Source: a virus
Taxonomy: Duplodnaviria; Caudoviricetes
Length of the DNA: 64,000 nt
Virus record (IMG/VR): IMGVR_UViG_2615840717_000004
Coordinates: 39,604-103,603 of that record
Strand: one strand, 5' to 3'
Notes under the pieces: model-generated
What the model was told of the DNA's origin: nothing
The model's input: only the letters and a program-made list of their open reading frames with translations
Database searches by the model: none
Translations under genes and position numbers: made by a program
Shown here: positions 17,757 to 27,890 of the stretch, piece by piece
How positions within the stretch are numbered: the stretch's first letter is position 1
Layout: the number at the start of each line of letters is the position of its first letter

Positions 17757-18191
17757 TTAAAGCAGGTCGAAAACAGAAATCAGATCTGGAATGAGATCAG
17801 CAGAAGTCGGAGTTTCATCCGGCAACTGCTCAAGCCCAATCTGATAGGAGATCACAAAAGGAACGCCGTCCCATTCCAGCTCTTTGTGAGTTTGCTTTGA
17901 GGACTTGATAAAGTAGTTCCCCATCGGTTTGCCATCGCCACGCATAACCGGAAAGACCTGTCCAGTCCGCCGCATTTGATCGGCTATCTCAAGCTCAGTA
18001 AGGCCACCTATGCGGATGGGAAGCAGCTGGCCTGAAAGGTTGATGGTTTTGCCGCCATCCCCCATGAACTCACCGGGCTTTATCCCGCCCATAACTGGCT
18101 TCTTCGCCCAATCTGCCTTTGCGGAGATGGACACCTGATCCACGTTGAATGGAAAGGTGTCCATCTGCAAAGCTCCAAGAATGTAAAGCAT
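17757..18191 (-). CDS. P2 gpU-like tail protein
   Basis: Follows tape measure; EFMG.G...I.LSG.L.P motif. Confidence 0.85.
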   Translation of the reverse strand: MLYILGALQMDTFPFNVDQVSISAKADWAKKPVMGGIKPGEFMGDGGKTINLSGQLLPIRIGGLTELEIADQMRRTGQVFPVMRGDGKPMGNYFIKSSKQTHKELEWDGVPFVISYQIGLEQLPDETPTSADLIPDLISVFDLL

Positions 18192-20470
18192 TAGCGCACC
18201 GCATATTCTCGGTCTGCATGAAGTCCGGACATCCGATCTTCGACCTGTTCAACAAATCCTTCGACCATCTCAGACGCACTGCTTGCCGCGTCTACATAAA
18301 ACGGCCCGAAATAATAATGAGTTTCACCTGAAGATAAGTCCGAGCCGCCACCGCCGAGCATCTTTGCACTCTCTGAAGCGGTGTGGACGTATCCGGACTG
18401 GCTTGGTGTCACCAGTTCTGCGCCATTCTCTCCAACCAGATAGTTGCGACCACCCACAATCTGCCCGCCCAAAGCGCGTGCGCCAGCAATTTGTGGCACC
18501 TTCAAACCAGAACCAGCAGAAGGTTTGGGGATTGGAACTGCGAGGATTTGGTTTGCTTTGGTTTGAAGGGCTTCCGCCACCTTAGCGTCAGCAACTCCAT
18601 TTGCAGTCTGCGCAAGCTCTGCATTGAGCGCCTTCAACTGCTCGACAATTTCCTCACGGTCTGTCTGCAGGCCGCGCTTGGTTTGCCTTTCGCTTCGGCT
18701 GTCACCCAACTCAGCAATCTGGCTATCGATTAGTGCCAGGTCTTGCTTAAGAGCCTCAACAAGCACATTCCCTTTTTCGACTGGCCCTTTGCGCACCCCG
18801 ATGAGGTCTTCAAGCCATTGGTTCATTGCCTCACCGTTGGCGGCTCCAGCATCAAACCTGTTCTGGGCGTATTGAGCTCTATCTTTCCAGCTCATTCCCC
18901 ATGTATTGATTGAGTGCTCAAACTCATTGAGGATCAAACCCACCAAATTCAGGCTTGCTGCACCTTTCAACAGCTTGCCAGCCTTCAACCCTTTGATATT
19001 AGATTTTCCGCCTCCGTTATCGTTGGCGGCGGCTGGCATTTTACGGGATACCTGAGGAACACCGGCTTTCTTAACTGAAGAAGGTTTAGCGCCTGCCGGG
19101 CCTGCGACCCGTTTTGTCTTACCAGCACGACGACTTCCAAGACCGGGCAACTTTGATAGCTTGCGAAATGCCTTAAAGATCCCAGCTGCAAGGTCCCAAG
19201 TCACAGATTTCAAAAGCAAGAAAGCATATCTTAGGCCAGCTAAGGCAATCAAAATACCAAGCGCAACGCTGCCCCATTTAATAAGCTCAGATAGAATTTT
19301 CGGGTTTTCTTCGGCCCATTTTGTGAACGCTTGAATTTGGGGTCCTAAGGCATCAGTCAAATCATTGATTACCGGCAGGAGACTATCGCCAATCGCAATT
19401 GAAGCAGCTTCAATCTTGTTTTGGAACACCTGAAGTTGAGCCGCTGAGGTTCTCGAACGTTCCTCGAACTCAGCCTGAGATGAGCCAAGGAACTGAGCCT
19501 TTGAAGCGACTGATCCCAATGCGTTATCCAGTAGCTCTGCATTCTCAATCAAAGGTGCGATTGCACGGGCTTCATCTCCAAACAGATCAGAGATGACGGA
19601 GGTTTGTAGTTCCTTAGGCAGCTCTCTGATTTGCCCAATGACAGTCTTAAGCGTGCCTACAGCGTCCTTTTGCAGGTTCTTGGATACCTTTACTGCATCC
19701 AGTCCCAAGCGCTTGTAGGCCTTGTGTTGGCGCTTTGTTGACCCCTCACCTCGTGCTAATGCCTTGCCAGCATTTCGGAAGCTGGTGGCCGCGACATCAG
19801 CTTGTGCGCCTGACGCGATCATTGCAGAGCCAATAGCTGCTGTTTGCTCCGCGGTGAAACCATACTGCTTACCTACTGAGCCAACGCGGCGCATGAAGTC
19901 GAGCAGATCAGGAGCAGAACTTGCAGAGGTGTTTGACAGATGGTTGATTGCATCTGCCAGCTCGCCAGTTTCGCTCACGGTCAACCCGAGTGCCGTCTTG
20001 ATCTTGGCAAGGCTTTCACCTGCGGTGCCGGCACTCACATCAAAAGCAACACCGACCTTCGCTGCCATCTCTGCAAACTGGGTCAGCTCATCCCCGGCCA
20101 TACCGGCCTGACCGGCTGCGGCGACAATGTCTGCAATCTGAGAAGCAGTCATTGGCATGCGAGTGGACATATCGATGATGTCCTTGCGCATCTTTTTGAA
20201 GCCTTCAGGACTATCGAAATCAACGACCTTCTTCACGTCCGACATAGCGGACTCGAACTCTATTGCAGACTTCACCGGGGCAGCAATGGAGCGGGCCAGA
20301 ATATAGCCCGTTCCGACTGCGCCAAGCATCTGCCCCTGCATCCGGTTCAGCTCGCGCCTATTGCGATCAGCTGAGGCCTGCATCCCCTTCATGGAGTTGG
20401 CGATAGCTCGCGCAGGACCGCTTGCCCGGTCAAGAACTGAAATGACCAGCTTGGAGGTTAAAACACCCAT
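18191..20470 (-). CDS. Tape measure protein
   Basis: FESAMSDVKKVVDF TP901-type core; Ala-rich, helical. Confidence 0.92.
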   Translation of the reverse strand: MGVLTSKLVISVLDRASGPARAIANSMKGMQASADRNRRELNRMQGQMLGAVGTGYILARSIAAPVKSAIEFESAMSDVKKVVDFDSPEGFKKMRKDIIDMSTRMPMTASQIADIVAAAGQAGMAGDELTQFAEMAAKVGVAFDVSAGTAGESLAKIKTALGLTVSETGELADAINHLSNTSASSAPDLLDFMRRVGSVGKQYGFTAEQTAAIGSAMIASGAQADVAATSFRNAGKALARGEGSTKRQHKAYKRLGLDAVKVSKNLQKDAVGTLKTVIGQIRELPKELQTSVISDLFGDEARAIAPLIENAELLDNALGSVASKAQFLGSSQAEFEERSRTSAAQLQVFQNKIEAASIAIGDSLLPVINDLTDALGPQIQAFTKWAEENPKILSELIKWGSVALGILIALAGLRYAFLLLKSVTWDLAAGIFKAFRKLSKLPGLGSRRAGKTKRVAGPAGAKPSSVKKAGVPQVSRKMPAAANDNGGGKSNIKGLKAGKLLKGAASLNLVGLILNEFEHSINTWGMSWKDRAQYAQNRFDAGAANGEAMNQWLEDLIGVRKGPVEKGNVLVEALKQDLALIDSQIAELGDSRSERQTKRGLQTDREEIVEQLKALNAELAQTANGVADAKVAEALQTKANQILAVPIPKPSAGSGLKVPQIAGARALGGQIVGGRNYLVGENGAELVTPSQSGYVHTASESAKMLGGGGSDLSSGETHYYFGPFYVDAASSASEMVEGFVEQVEDRMSGLHADREYAVR

Positions 20471-20634
20471 GACATTCTACCGATTTGGAGGGGGAGCATT
20501 TTCTGCCTTAAGCACGCGCCCAAGGCTGGAAACTGTTTCAAGAAAGAAATCAATCTCCCAGTTCATGACCACATCAACTGGTGTGTGGAGCCTGCGCGAA
20601 ACAGCGACAATCAAGTCTCGAGAATGGGGGGCGT

Positions 20635-20946
20635 CTACCCCTCCAGATACTCGTCCCGAGCGTCCAGTTGCTTCAGCGCCAAGATTCCCTGCTTTCCCAT
20701 CAAGGGAGCAGCACCCCGCGTAGCTTTGTCGAGGTCTTCGATATCGAGACGTTCGATCACATCCAGATCAACGCCTGCCAGCTCTGCCAGAAGTGCAAAA
20801 CCTGCCTTCTGCTCGTTTGTGTGCTTCTCCCCGATCAGAGTGTCACCGGCGCGCATGCGGCGGAAACTCAGAGAGGTGACTTCGCGCCCGTCATGTTCAA
20901 AGGGGTAATCCAGCTGCACCGTTGCTTTGGTTGCTTTCTCAGTCAA
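20635..20946 (-). CDS. Tail assembly chaperone (gpE/G-like); -1 frameshift extension to 20477
   Basis: Lies between tube and TMP; GGGAAAG slippery site at 20698-20692. Confidence 0.8.
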   Translation of the reverse strand: MTEKATKATVQLDYPFEHDGREVTSLSFRRMRAGDTLIGEKHTNEQKAGFALLAELAGVDLDVIERLDIEDLDKATRGAAPLMGKQGILALKQLDARDEYLEG

Positions 20947-21022
20947 TTTTCCACGTCCTTAAAGCAAAAGAGCCCCCAGCGATGCTGAAGGCTCTAAGAG
21001 TTATGATAATTGGTTGTGCGAC

Positions 21023-21532
21023 TTAGATACCGAGCGCTCGCTTGCGTTCGCCATCTGTTGGATCTGGCCGTATTTCACGTTCCCAGAAATCCCAATAGAA
21101 CAGCTCTTTGCCATCTAGGATGAGCTCAACGTGAGTGACTTCCTTGAATGCCAGGTTGCAGCCTTGCAGATCGTCGGCGCCCATTTCATCGGGTTCCCAC
21201 TCCATGAGAGTAGCGTGAATGAAGCCGCGGACGGGAAGCCAAATATTCCCCGGCATCTGGCGATAGTTGCCAGCGAAAACCCACTCTTCGTGTTTTCCGA
21301 GTTTTTCAAGCAGCTTCCCATCAAGCCCTTTGTGTTCAGCTTTGGGTTCAAAGGCTTCGGTGCGCGGCTTACCGAAGTCTACTGCTCCGATACCCCCGCC
21401 GGGATTGTGGTTGACCGTTGTGTATTTGAAAGCGGGCAGAACAAGCTTGCTCAGAATGTTTGCGCGGGAGTCTTCCGGTTCACTGACCAAGCGCAGGTCA
21501 ATGTCACCATTAATCAGCATAGGGCGCTGCAT
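21023..21532 (-). CDS. Major tail tube protein
   Basis: P2 FII-like size and motifs; follows sheath. Confidence 0.8.
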   Translation of the reverse strand: MQRPMLINGDIDLRLVSEPEDSRANILSKLVLPAFKYTTVNHNPGGGIGAVDFGKPRTEAFEPKAEHKGLDGKLLEKLGKHEEWVFAGNYRQMPGNIWLPVRGFIHATLMEWEPDEMGADDLQGCNLAFKEVTHVELILDGKELFYWDFWEREIRPDPTDGERKRALGI

Positions 21533-21555
21533 GTGGGGTTCTCCAGTTAAGGGGA

Positions 21556-22788
21556 TTAAACAACAGCGCGCAAACGCGCCAGAATGTCTTTGATCAGGCC
21601 TTCAGTTGCAGGGCGATAGCGGCGCAGCTCAAAGTCAGCACGCTTGAAGGCACTTGCAGTTTCCTGACCAAGCTCAAGCTTGATGTGACCAAGCTCGATG
21701 GACTCAGGCTGGTTCTTATCGGTAGTGAACATCTCGGAGGCAGGCGTATAGCCAAGGATATGCCCATCCTGTTTAAGCCCGCGCAACTCACCGATTATTT
21801 CACGGATCCAGCTTTCAACCCGTGGTGCTGTCTGCTTCTTGCCCAAGTGGCGCCGGGTGATCTTCATCATCTGTGTGACGATGTAGTCAGAGCCGCGCAA
21901 CTGGTGCAGCTGTGGCCACATCGCGTCGGTCTGCGCCATGTCTGTGCCAAGGAAGGTAAAGCCACCATCAGCAACCGCGCCATAAACGCCAATCTCACCT
22001 TCTGCAGCAATCGCAATATCAGCAGCAAGCAATCGCTGCCCTTCCTTGGAACCATCAAGGAAGTTAAACGGGATCTTCCGCGATAGACCGGCAAGACCAA
22101 AGATTGGTTGATTACAGATCGTCTCGAACGGCATGTTGCCGTTGTTGGTGTCGGTCCGAACAATCAAGCCAGCCACACGTGAGGCCATGGGACGGGTTAC
22201 AACAGCATCCCCTTCCCAGACACGCGCAGCCACACCAACCGGCATCAAACGGCCTGATGCCATGGTTTCACGGGCGTCAATAGCGTTATCTGCACTCGTA
22301 GGGTCTACATCGACTGGTGCCACTGCAAGGATCTTGCCGATGTTAGCTTCAAGCGCAGCAACCACCGGGTTGACAGTGTCCAGATCAGGGCGCCATGCAG
22401 TTGAACCTGCGACCACAATGCCGGGTGTTGCGTTGACCGCTGAGGGGATTTCCGTGATGTTGTTGATGATGCTAACGATCGCAGCCGCACTCGCCTCAGG
22501 GGTTGCCCCCTTTTCGGTTCGCACGATTGTAACATCAGCAGCTCGATCAAGTTCATTGAGCTGATCCTGAATGCCCCGAATGTGATCCCGCAAAGGACCG
22601 GAGCCAAGAGCTGAAACCGCGTCTTTGTCGCTGGAAGAGATGCGCTTTGCTGTATCAAGCGGAAATTCCGTGTCTGAAGCATCATCAGAGCTCTCGATCA
22701 CCACGACCTTTGATAGGTCGCCTTCTGAAACCGGATACGGATCATCCGATTTGTAAGAGAACTGCATGCCGATTGTGGGCGCGCTCAT
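21556..22788 (-). CDS. Tail sheath protein
   Basis: P2 FI-like (PMASRVAGL...NQPIFG). Confidence 0.85.
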   Translation of the reverse strand: MSAPTIGMQFSYKSDDPYPVSEGDLSKVVVIESSDDASDTEFPLDTAKRISSSDKDAVSALGSGPLRDHIRGIQDQLNELDRAADVTIVRTEKGATPEASAAAIVSIINNITEIPSAVNATPGIVVAGSTAWRPDLDTVNPVVAALEANIGKILAVAPVDVDPTSADNAIDARETMASGRLMPVGVAARVWEGDAVVTRPMASRVAGLIVRTDTNNGNMPFETICNQPIFGLAGLSRKIPFNFLDGSKEGQRLLAADIAIAAEGEIGVYGAVADGGFTFLGTDMAQTDAMWPQLHQLRGSDYIVTQMMKITRRHLGKKQTAPRVESWIREIIGELRGLKQDGHILGYTPASEMFTTDKNQPESIELGHIKLELGQETASAFKRADFELRRYRPATEGLIKDILARLRAVV

Positions 22789-22864
22789 AGATATTTCTCC
22801 ATGAAAAAACCCGCTCCGGTTATGCCGTGCGGGTGGGTTAAGTCTTAAAGGGTTTGGGGACTGG

Positions 22865-23437
22865 CTAGGTCAGTTCAGCCAGAGCCACAGGTAGGGTTTT
22901 ACTCAGATCCCAAAGGGCGTCCTGTGACGGGTCAGGGATTGGATCAAGCTGCTGGATCTCGGCAGAGCGGGTAACGATGCCAGCGCGGTACTTAATGGCC
23001 GCGTGATAAAGCGCCTGCACCTTCTCTTGAGTTTCAAGCACCAGCAAAACGCCTTCGGCTGTACATGCTTTCACTTGGGAGGCTTCCGGCAATCCCGCTC
23101 CGAACCCATCAAGCATCTCTCTGAGGCGACTGACTGACGCTTGATCTGTTTTGAACTGGTGGCCGTTGATCTGAGTACCTTGTTCAATGCGGCGCTCAGC
23201 TTCATCTGATACAATTTGACGATAAAGCTGGCTGCCATTTGAGGTGTTGTCACCTGTGACCTCCAAGCGCTCTTCATCAATCTCCTGCTGAAGCCAACCG
23301 GACCACAACGTATCTTTGGCAGAATACCAAGTGTGTGTAACGTCCTCACCAGAGATCAATAATAGCGTGGCGAGGTAGGCCTCACCACTTCGCACAACAG
23401 AGATGACATCTTCAATATCCGTAGGTTTATTGATCAT
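22865..23437 (-). CDS. Tail fibre assembly protein (DUF4376-like)
   Basis: EAERRIEQG..INGHQFKTD..S motif; follows fibre gene. Confidence 0.65.
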   Translation of the reverse strand: MINKPTDIEDVISVVRSGEAYLATLLLISGEDVTHTWYSAKDTLWSGWLQQEIDEERLEVTGDNTSNGSQLYRQIVSDEAERRIEQGTQINGHQFKTDQASVSRLREMLDGFGAGLPEASQVKACTAEGVLLVLETQEKVQALYHAAIKYRAGIVTRSAEIQQLDPIPDPSQDALWDLSKTLPVALAELT

Positions 23438-24666
23438 TATGCGATCCTCTGGAAGTTGTAGACATAATTGCCACTGCCCCAGTCACCGGACATTCCTCGG
23501 CAAGCCCAGGTGCCAATAAGTGCAGAACCGCCTCCAGTAGTGCTGTAGTACCTCGTGTCGGTGCCAAGCCGAACGGTATATGCCTTGTTTCGCTGCAGGT
23601 AAGTGTTAGTAGGTGCAGCAACCGCAATGATTGTCCCTATGGGAAAATTCAAGTTGTTGGCGTTTGACCCTTCATAGACACTACCGATCCCAACAGCTGC
23701 TGCTTTCTCAACAAGGTTCCCTTCATGGATAGCTTCATCCTTACTGGGGCCAATGAATATTTTATCGCCGCTGACTTGCAGTGACAGGTCATTCCTGAAA
23801 ATTGCCGCCACTTGTGGAGCTGTTTGGCCGTTTGGTGTCACCGCCACACGCGCTTCGGTGCCAAACTGGTCCGGACCGTGATCTTGAGTTGCCAGCCACA
23901 CCAACATGCCTTTAGTCGCACCAAAGCTTCCAATCCAAGGCCGCGCACGCACAGAAGCAATTAAGTCTCCATATTTAAGATACTCAGGGTTTGCTTTTGA
24001 GCCTCTTGCGATACCCAGAACAAGCGCAGAGCCATGATCGACACCACCATACCCAAAAGCCTCCCAGCTGCCATGTCCGCCATCGACTGAGCAATACTGT
24101 CTTGCGGCAAATGTATTTGAGATATTCCATCCAGCTTTCGTTGCGATTGACGAGATAAGAGCAGCAATTTCACTGTCGTTGTCTAACAAGGCTTCTGACA
24201 GTTCTTTGAGAGTATCCAACTGTGCTTTGGTTGCACCGCCCATGACAACAGCTACCGCCGCATCGCGTGTAGCATCTAGATCACTTTGCAGGCCTGCAAC
24301 ACTCACCTTTTCTGCAAGTAGGTTATTTATCTCGGCAACAGAATATCCTCGACCACCAAAACCCCAGGCACCGCCAACCTTTTGCAAAACTGAGCCATCC
24401 GGAGCATCCGTCACATTAACATCGGAAAGATCATTAAGTTTATGCAGATGATCAGTCAAAGCCCGCAGCGCCAATGCCTCTGCCAGTCCATTGATCTTAG
24501 CGATCTCGTGAGAGTGCCCAGCAACAGCAAGACTTGCCAGAGTGACTGCAATCTCACCTAGGCGAGCATCAAGAGTCTGCAAGAACACATTGATTTTCTG
24601 ATGATCCTCGGAGACATTTTCCGCACTGTCGAGCAGTGGCAGGTTTAAATTTAGCGTAGTTGCCAT
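23437..24666 (-). CDS. Tail fibre protein
   Basis: H.H repeats, LSDV, LDTLKEL..AL motifs. Confidence 0.8.
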   Translation of the reverse strand: MATTLNLNLPLLDSAENVSEDHQKINVFLQTLDARLGEIAVTLASLAVAGHSHEIAKINGLAEALALRALTDHLHKLNDLSDVNVTDAPDGSVLQKVGGAWGFGGRGYSVAEINNLLAEKVSVAGLQSDLDATRDAAVAVVMGGATKAQLDTLKELSEALLDNDSEIAALISSIATKAGWNISNTFAARQYCSVDGGHGSWEAFGYGGVDHGSALVLGIARGSKANPEYLKYGDLIASVRARPWIGSFGATKGMLVWLATQDHGPDQFGTEARVAVTPNGQTAPQVAAIFRNDLSLQVSGDKIFIGPSKDEAIHEGNLVEKAAAVGIGSVYEGSNANNLNFPIGTIIAVAAPTNTYLQRNKAYTVRLGTDTRYYSTTGGGSALIGTWACRGMSGDWGSGNYVYNFQRIA

Positions 24667-24678
24667 TGATCGCTCCTC

Positions 24679-27600
24679 CTAGATGGTCGCCACAGCGCGC
24701 AGGTCTTCCAGAACCGGCCTTGAAGCAGGGTTACCTGTGACAGTGAGCTTTACTGCCGTCTCGCTTCCAAGATCTTGAGGCAGCTCATAAGTGGCATCTA
24801 CAGTGCCCAATGCATCGAGAACCTCACCTTCCTTGTAGGAGGCTTCTACAAACGTCCCTGAGTTGTCCTGCAGAAACACTTTCAAACTTGAGCCATTGGG
24901 AAGAGTGCGTTTTAGGCGAACCGGGAAGCGGTTTGCGTTACCGGTCTTGAACAAACGCCCCACGTAGTCAGCAGTTTCGGCAAGCTTGCCCGCCCGCACC
25001 TGAACACCAGGGAAGAGACGCGGGGTTGCCGTTTCCGTTCCCTTCATGATCGCGGCAATACTGACTGTTTCCTTCACCCATTCATCAAACTGCACACCGG
25101 CATAAGCCACCGTCTGGATCGTGGACCCATCGGCACGAGTAATTTCAAAAGTAACAGAACAGCCGGTTTCAGGAAGATCGACCGCAGCTGCAATCATAAG
25201 GTCAGAGCAGCGATCAAGCTCAACTTCACCCAGCTCCACGCGTTTAGTGGCTTGAGTAAATCTGGCACAATCAATACCAAATGTGAGATCTGAGCCATGT
25301 ACAGGGATATATGTCGAGTTGTTTGAACTCTCGATTTCAGTTCCTACAGTGTAAGGGTTCACACCGAGGAAACTCTGATTGATCTCATCGAACTCACCCA
25401 AAGTAGCTGCGTATATCGAATGCTCATTGTCCGGTGTAATAGCAATCACCGCATACTCTCTCGTTGAGAGTATGTACGGCAACCCCGGAAACGGGCACGG
25501 CGTTGGCTTATTCAGTTCTACTAAGGACATATCAATCTCAGCCTGAGCCAAAATCTCATCTGTCGGATAGCCTGCCCCATTGGTTGCTCGAAGTTCTACG
25601 ATTACAGGTGTTTTAGGATTCCCCTTTCTGCAAAACCAAAGCGTTGCTTGCGCAATATGGCGATTACCCGCAGGAATATTGAAGGTTTGTCCTCTTGGAT
25701 CGCGATTTTGAGTGCGTTCACTCCTCTCTCGCCGAACTCTTACAATCTGAGGCGGCGGTGGCGGCGGTGGAACGACAACAAGTGTTGTCACCCGTTGCAT
25801 GGTTTGAATGGTGACCTTGCCATCGCCAACGAATTGCGCAAAGGCCTCTGAGCCACCAACACCGTAGGCCTCAACTTGCTTCTCTCCAACGGCATGTTTG
25901 CGCGCCGGGATGTTGAGGATGAGCGTCATAAGTCCATCATCATCGGCAGCCGGTTTGGGAACTGGTGTCATATCCACATTATCAAATAAGATACGATCAA
26001 GAATTTCACCTCCACCGAAGCCTTCAATGCTTACCGTGATTTCAATGGTCCGCAAAAACTTTGCATTCTCTTCGGCAATGCCAACCACTTGTTGCTCTGT
26101 TGTTGTGGACGCCGTTGGACCAAACACTTCATGGGTTACATCTGAATCCCAAACCTCATCAACATCCGTCCAGAAATCTTGGGCCGGATCCAGTGACATT
26201 TTTGCTGGGAATGGGTCATGGTTGGCAAATCGGTTGACCAGCTTGCAGGTATTGCGCAAGGGCTGATCAATCACATTTTCCAGCTCATAAGGGAGCATTT
26301 CAACAGCGTTAGAGTTCAGATTATGGATCGTGACATCCAATGGCAGGGTGAGCATGCCATTGCGGGTGGCCGCATTCTGATTAACACCCGGATCTCGCCA
26401 ACGGTCATCTGTAAAGGGGTCAATAAAAATGCCTCTTTTGGCCGCGGGCTCCTTATCATGGATATCAAGCTGCAAGCGATTTAAGGCAATCAGATCTAGT
26501 GCATCATTGAGCCGGTCCAAGGCTACTTGGATCTGATCATAAGTGACATTGTGAGTGCCATCGTTTTTAACACGAGGCAGCCCATCAAAGTCATTGTAAA
26601 CTGTCGCCAGTTTCAAGAGGTTGCCCGGAACTTCGGGCACAATAGCGCGCGCTGCTGAAAGCCCTTCATGGTACACTGCTGCGCCTGCCTGATCGAGACA
26701 GACCAGATCCACGCGAGGCAGTTTCCGAGTGTAGATGATTACCACCTCCCCACCTTTTCGGCCTCCAGACAACTCAAAATCATGTGCGGTTGGGTTTTGA
26801 GGGACAACCGAGTCCCGATAACGATACTTGCAGGTGTATGTGGAACCGGGGGACGGCTCATCCCCTGCCAGCGACCAATCGACTTTATCGGCGGTGAGCT
26901 GATAGTCGGCGCTCTTCGTAAAGGTTTTAGAGCCCTGCTTGATCTCAACAAGCTCCTTTACACTATCATTTTCAAGCCCATCAGAACCGTTGAGTATCTG
27001 TTCTCGTGTGACGACTTCTGTGATTTCTTTTTCAAGCGAAATGTTAACGATTGTATCAATTGGCCCGTAATGCACTCGGAAGCGCTGGGTTTCATTTTGC
27101 TGCACCGTGTAGGTGTGCTGCTCACCATCGATCTGGAAAGTGTCCCACTTCTCTTCCACCTCAAGGCGCAGCGCGTATTGACGTGGACGCTTAAAGCCTT
27201 TGATATTGCCGGTGCCAGCAGCGATGGAAAAGACCACATTGCCGTCAGATTTCTCAATTGCAGTAACGCGGCAACCCTCGTCAATGTAGTTGCCATTTGC
27301 TCCAAAATCCTGCGCAGCAGACACTTGTGCTACTTGGCTCATTTCTGCCGGTGGAGTCTGGTCCAATGGGGTGCCCTTGACCAGATTGTAAACCGGATAG
27401 AGCTGACCATCCGCACCATCTCCGGCATAGCCCCAAACAAGACGGGTCACGATCTTTGACGCACCTTGCTCGCCTTCGGCTTCTGTGCCGGGTTTTAGGC
27501 CCGCAAGTGTTGGATCATCTTCAGAGTTAATCACAGTGGAGCTGACACGCACGCCAACCACAAGATCACCTGTCAGGTCCACACCTTCCAAAACAGCAGC

Positions 27601-27879
27601 ATCAACCGGACGCACGTCCCCTGCGATGTAAACAGTCCCTGCACCAAGCAGAATTCGGCTGCCTTCACGATCAATCTCAATGGCCGCGCCGGACTTGCGG
27701 TCACCATCACGGGAGACAGTGTTGCCGATACGAGTAGACTGGCCACGCGCAATACCAAACGCATCATTGAGATCCGTTCCGGTGATAAAGACGCCTTCAG
27801 GCCATACAGAGGCGGAATCGTTCTGGCGCGCAGGCGTGCGATCAAACGCGCCTTGCACGAGTGGATGTTCAAAAGCCAT
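24679..27879 (-). CDS. Large baseplate/virion structural protein (DUF4815-like)
   Basis: GIFIDPFTDD..RD motif; follows gpI. Confidence 0.75.
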   Translation of the reverse strand: MAFEHPLVQGAFDRTPARQNDSASVWPEGVFITGTDLNDAFGIARGQSTRIGNTVSRDGDRKSGAAIEIDREGSRILLGAGTVYIAGDVRPVDAAVLEGVDLTGDLVVGVRVSSTVINSEDDPTLAGLKPGTEAEGEQGASKIVTRLVWGYAGDGADGQLYPVYNLVKGTPLDQTPPAEMSQVAQVSAAQDFGANGNYIDEGCRVTAIEKSDGNVVFSIAAGTGNIKGFKRPRQYALRLEVEEKWDTFQIDGEQHTYTVQQNETQRFRVHYGPIDTIVNISLEKEITEVVTREQILNGSDGLENDSVKELVEIKQGSKTFTKSADYQLTADKVDWSLAGDEPSPGSTYTCKYRYRDSVVPQNPTAHDFELSGGRKGGEVVIIYTRKLPRVDLVCLDQAGAAVYHEGLSAARAIVPEVPGNLLKLATVYNDFDGLPRVKNDGTHNVTYDQIQVALDRLNDALDLIALNRLQLDIHDKEPAAKRGIFIDPFTDDRWRDPGVNQNAATRNGMLTLPLDVTIHNLNSNAVEMLPYELENVIDQPLRNTCKLVNRFANHDPFPAKMSLDPAQDFWTDVDEVWDSDVTHEVFGPTASTTTEQQVVGIAEENAKFLRTIEITVSIEGFGGGEILDRILFDNVDMTPVPKPAADDDGLMTLILNIPARKHAVGEKQVEAYGVGGSEAFAQFVGDGKVTIQTMQRVTTLVVVPPPPPPPQIVRVRRERSERTQNRDPRGQTFNIPAGNRHIAQATLWFCRKGNPKTPVIVELRATNGAGYPTDEILAQAEIDMSLVELNKPTPCPFPGLPYILSTREYAVIAITPDNEHSIYAATLGEFDEINQSFLGVNPYTVGTEIESSNNSTYIPVHGSDLTFGIDCARFTQATKRVELGEVELDRCSDLMIAAAVDLPETGCSVTFEITRADGSTIQTVAYAGVQFDEWVKETVSIAAIMKGTETATPRLFPGVQVRAGKLAETADYVGRLFKTGNANRFPVRLKRTLPNGSSLKVFLQDNSGTFVEASYKEGEVLDALGTVDATYELPQDLGSETAVKLTVTGNPASRPVLEDLRAVATI

Positions 27880-27890
27880 TAGGATGGTCC

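Noticed and set aside
22865-27879. Tail-fibre diversification (DGR or invertase)
   Set aside because: No reverse transcriptase, invertase or template repeat seen.
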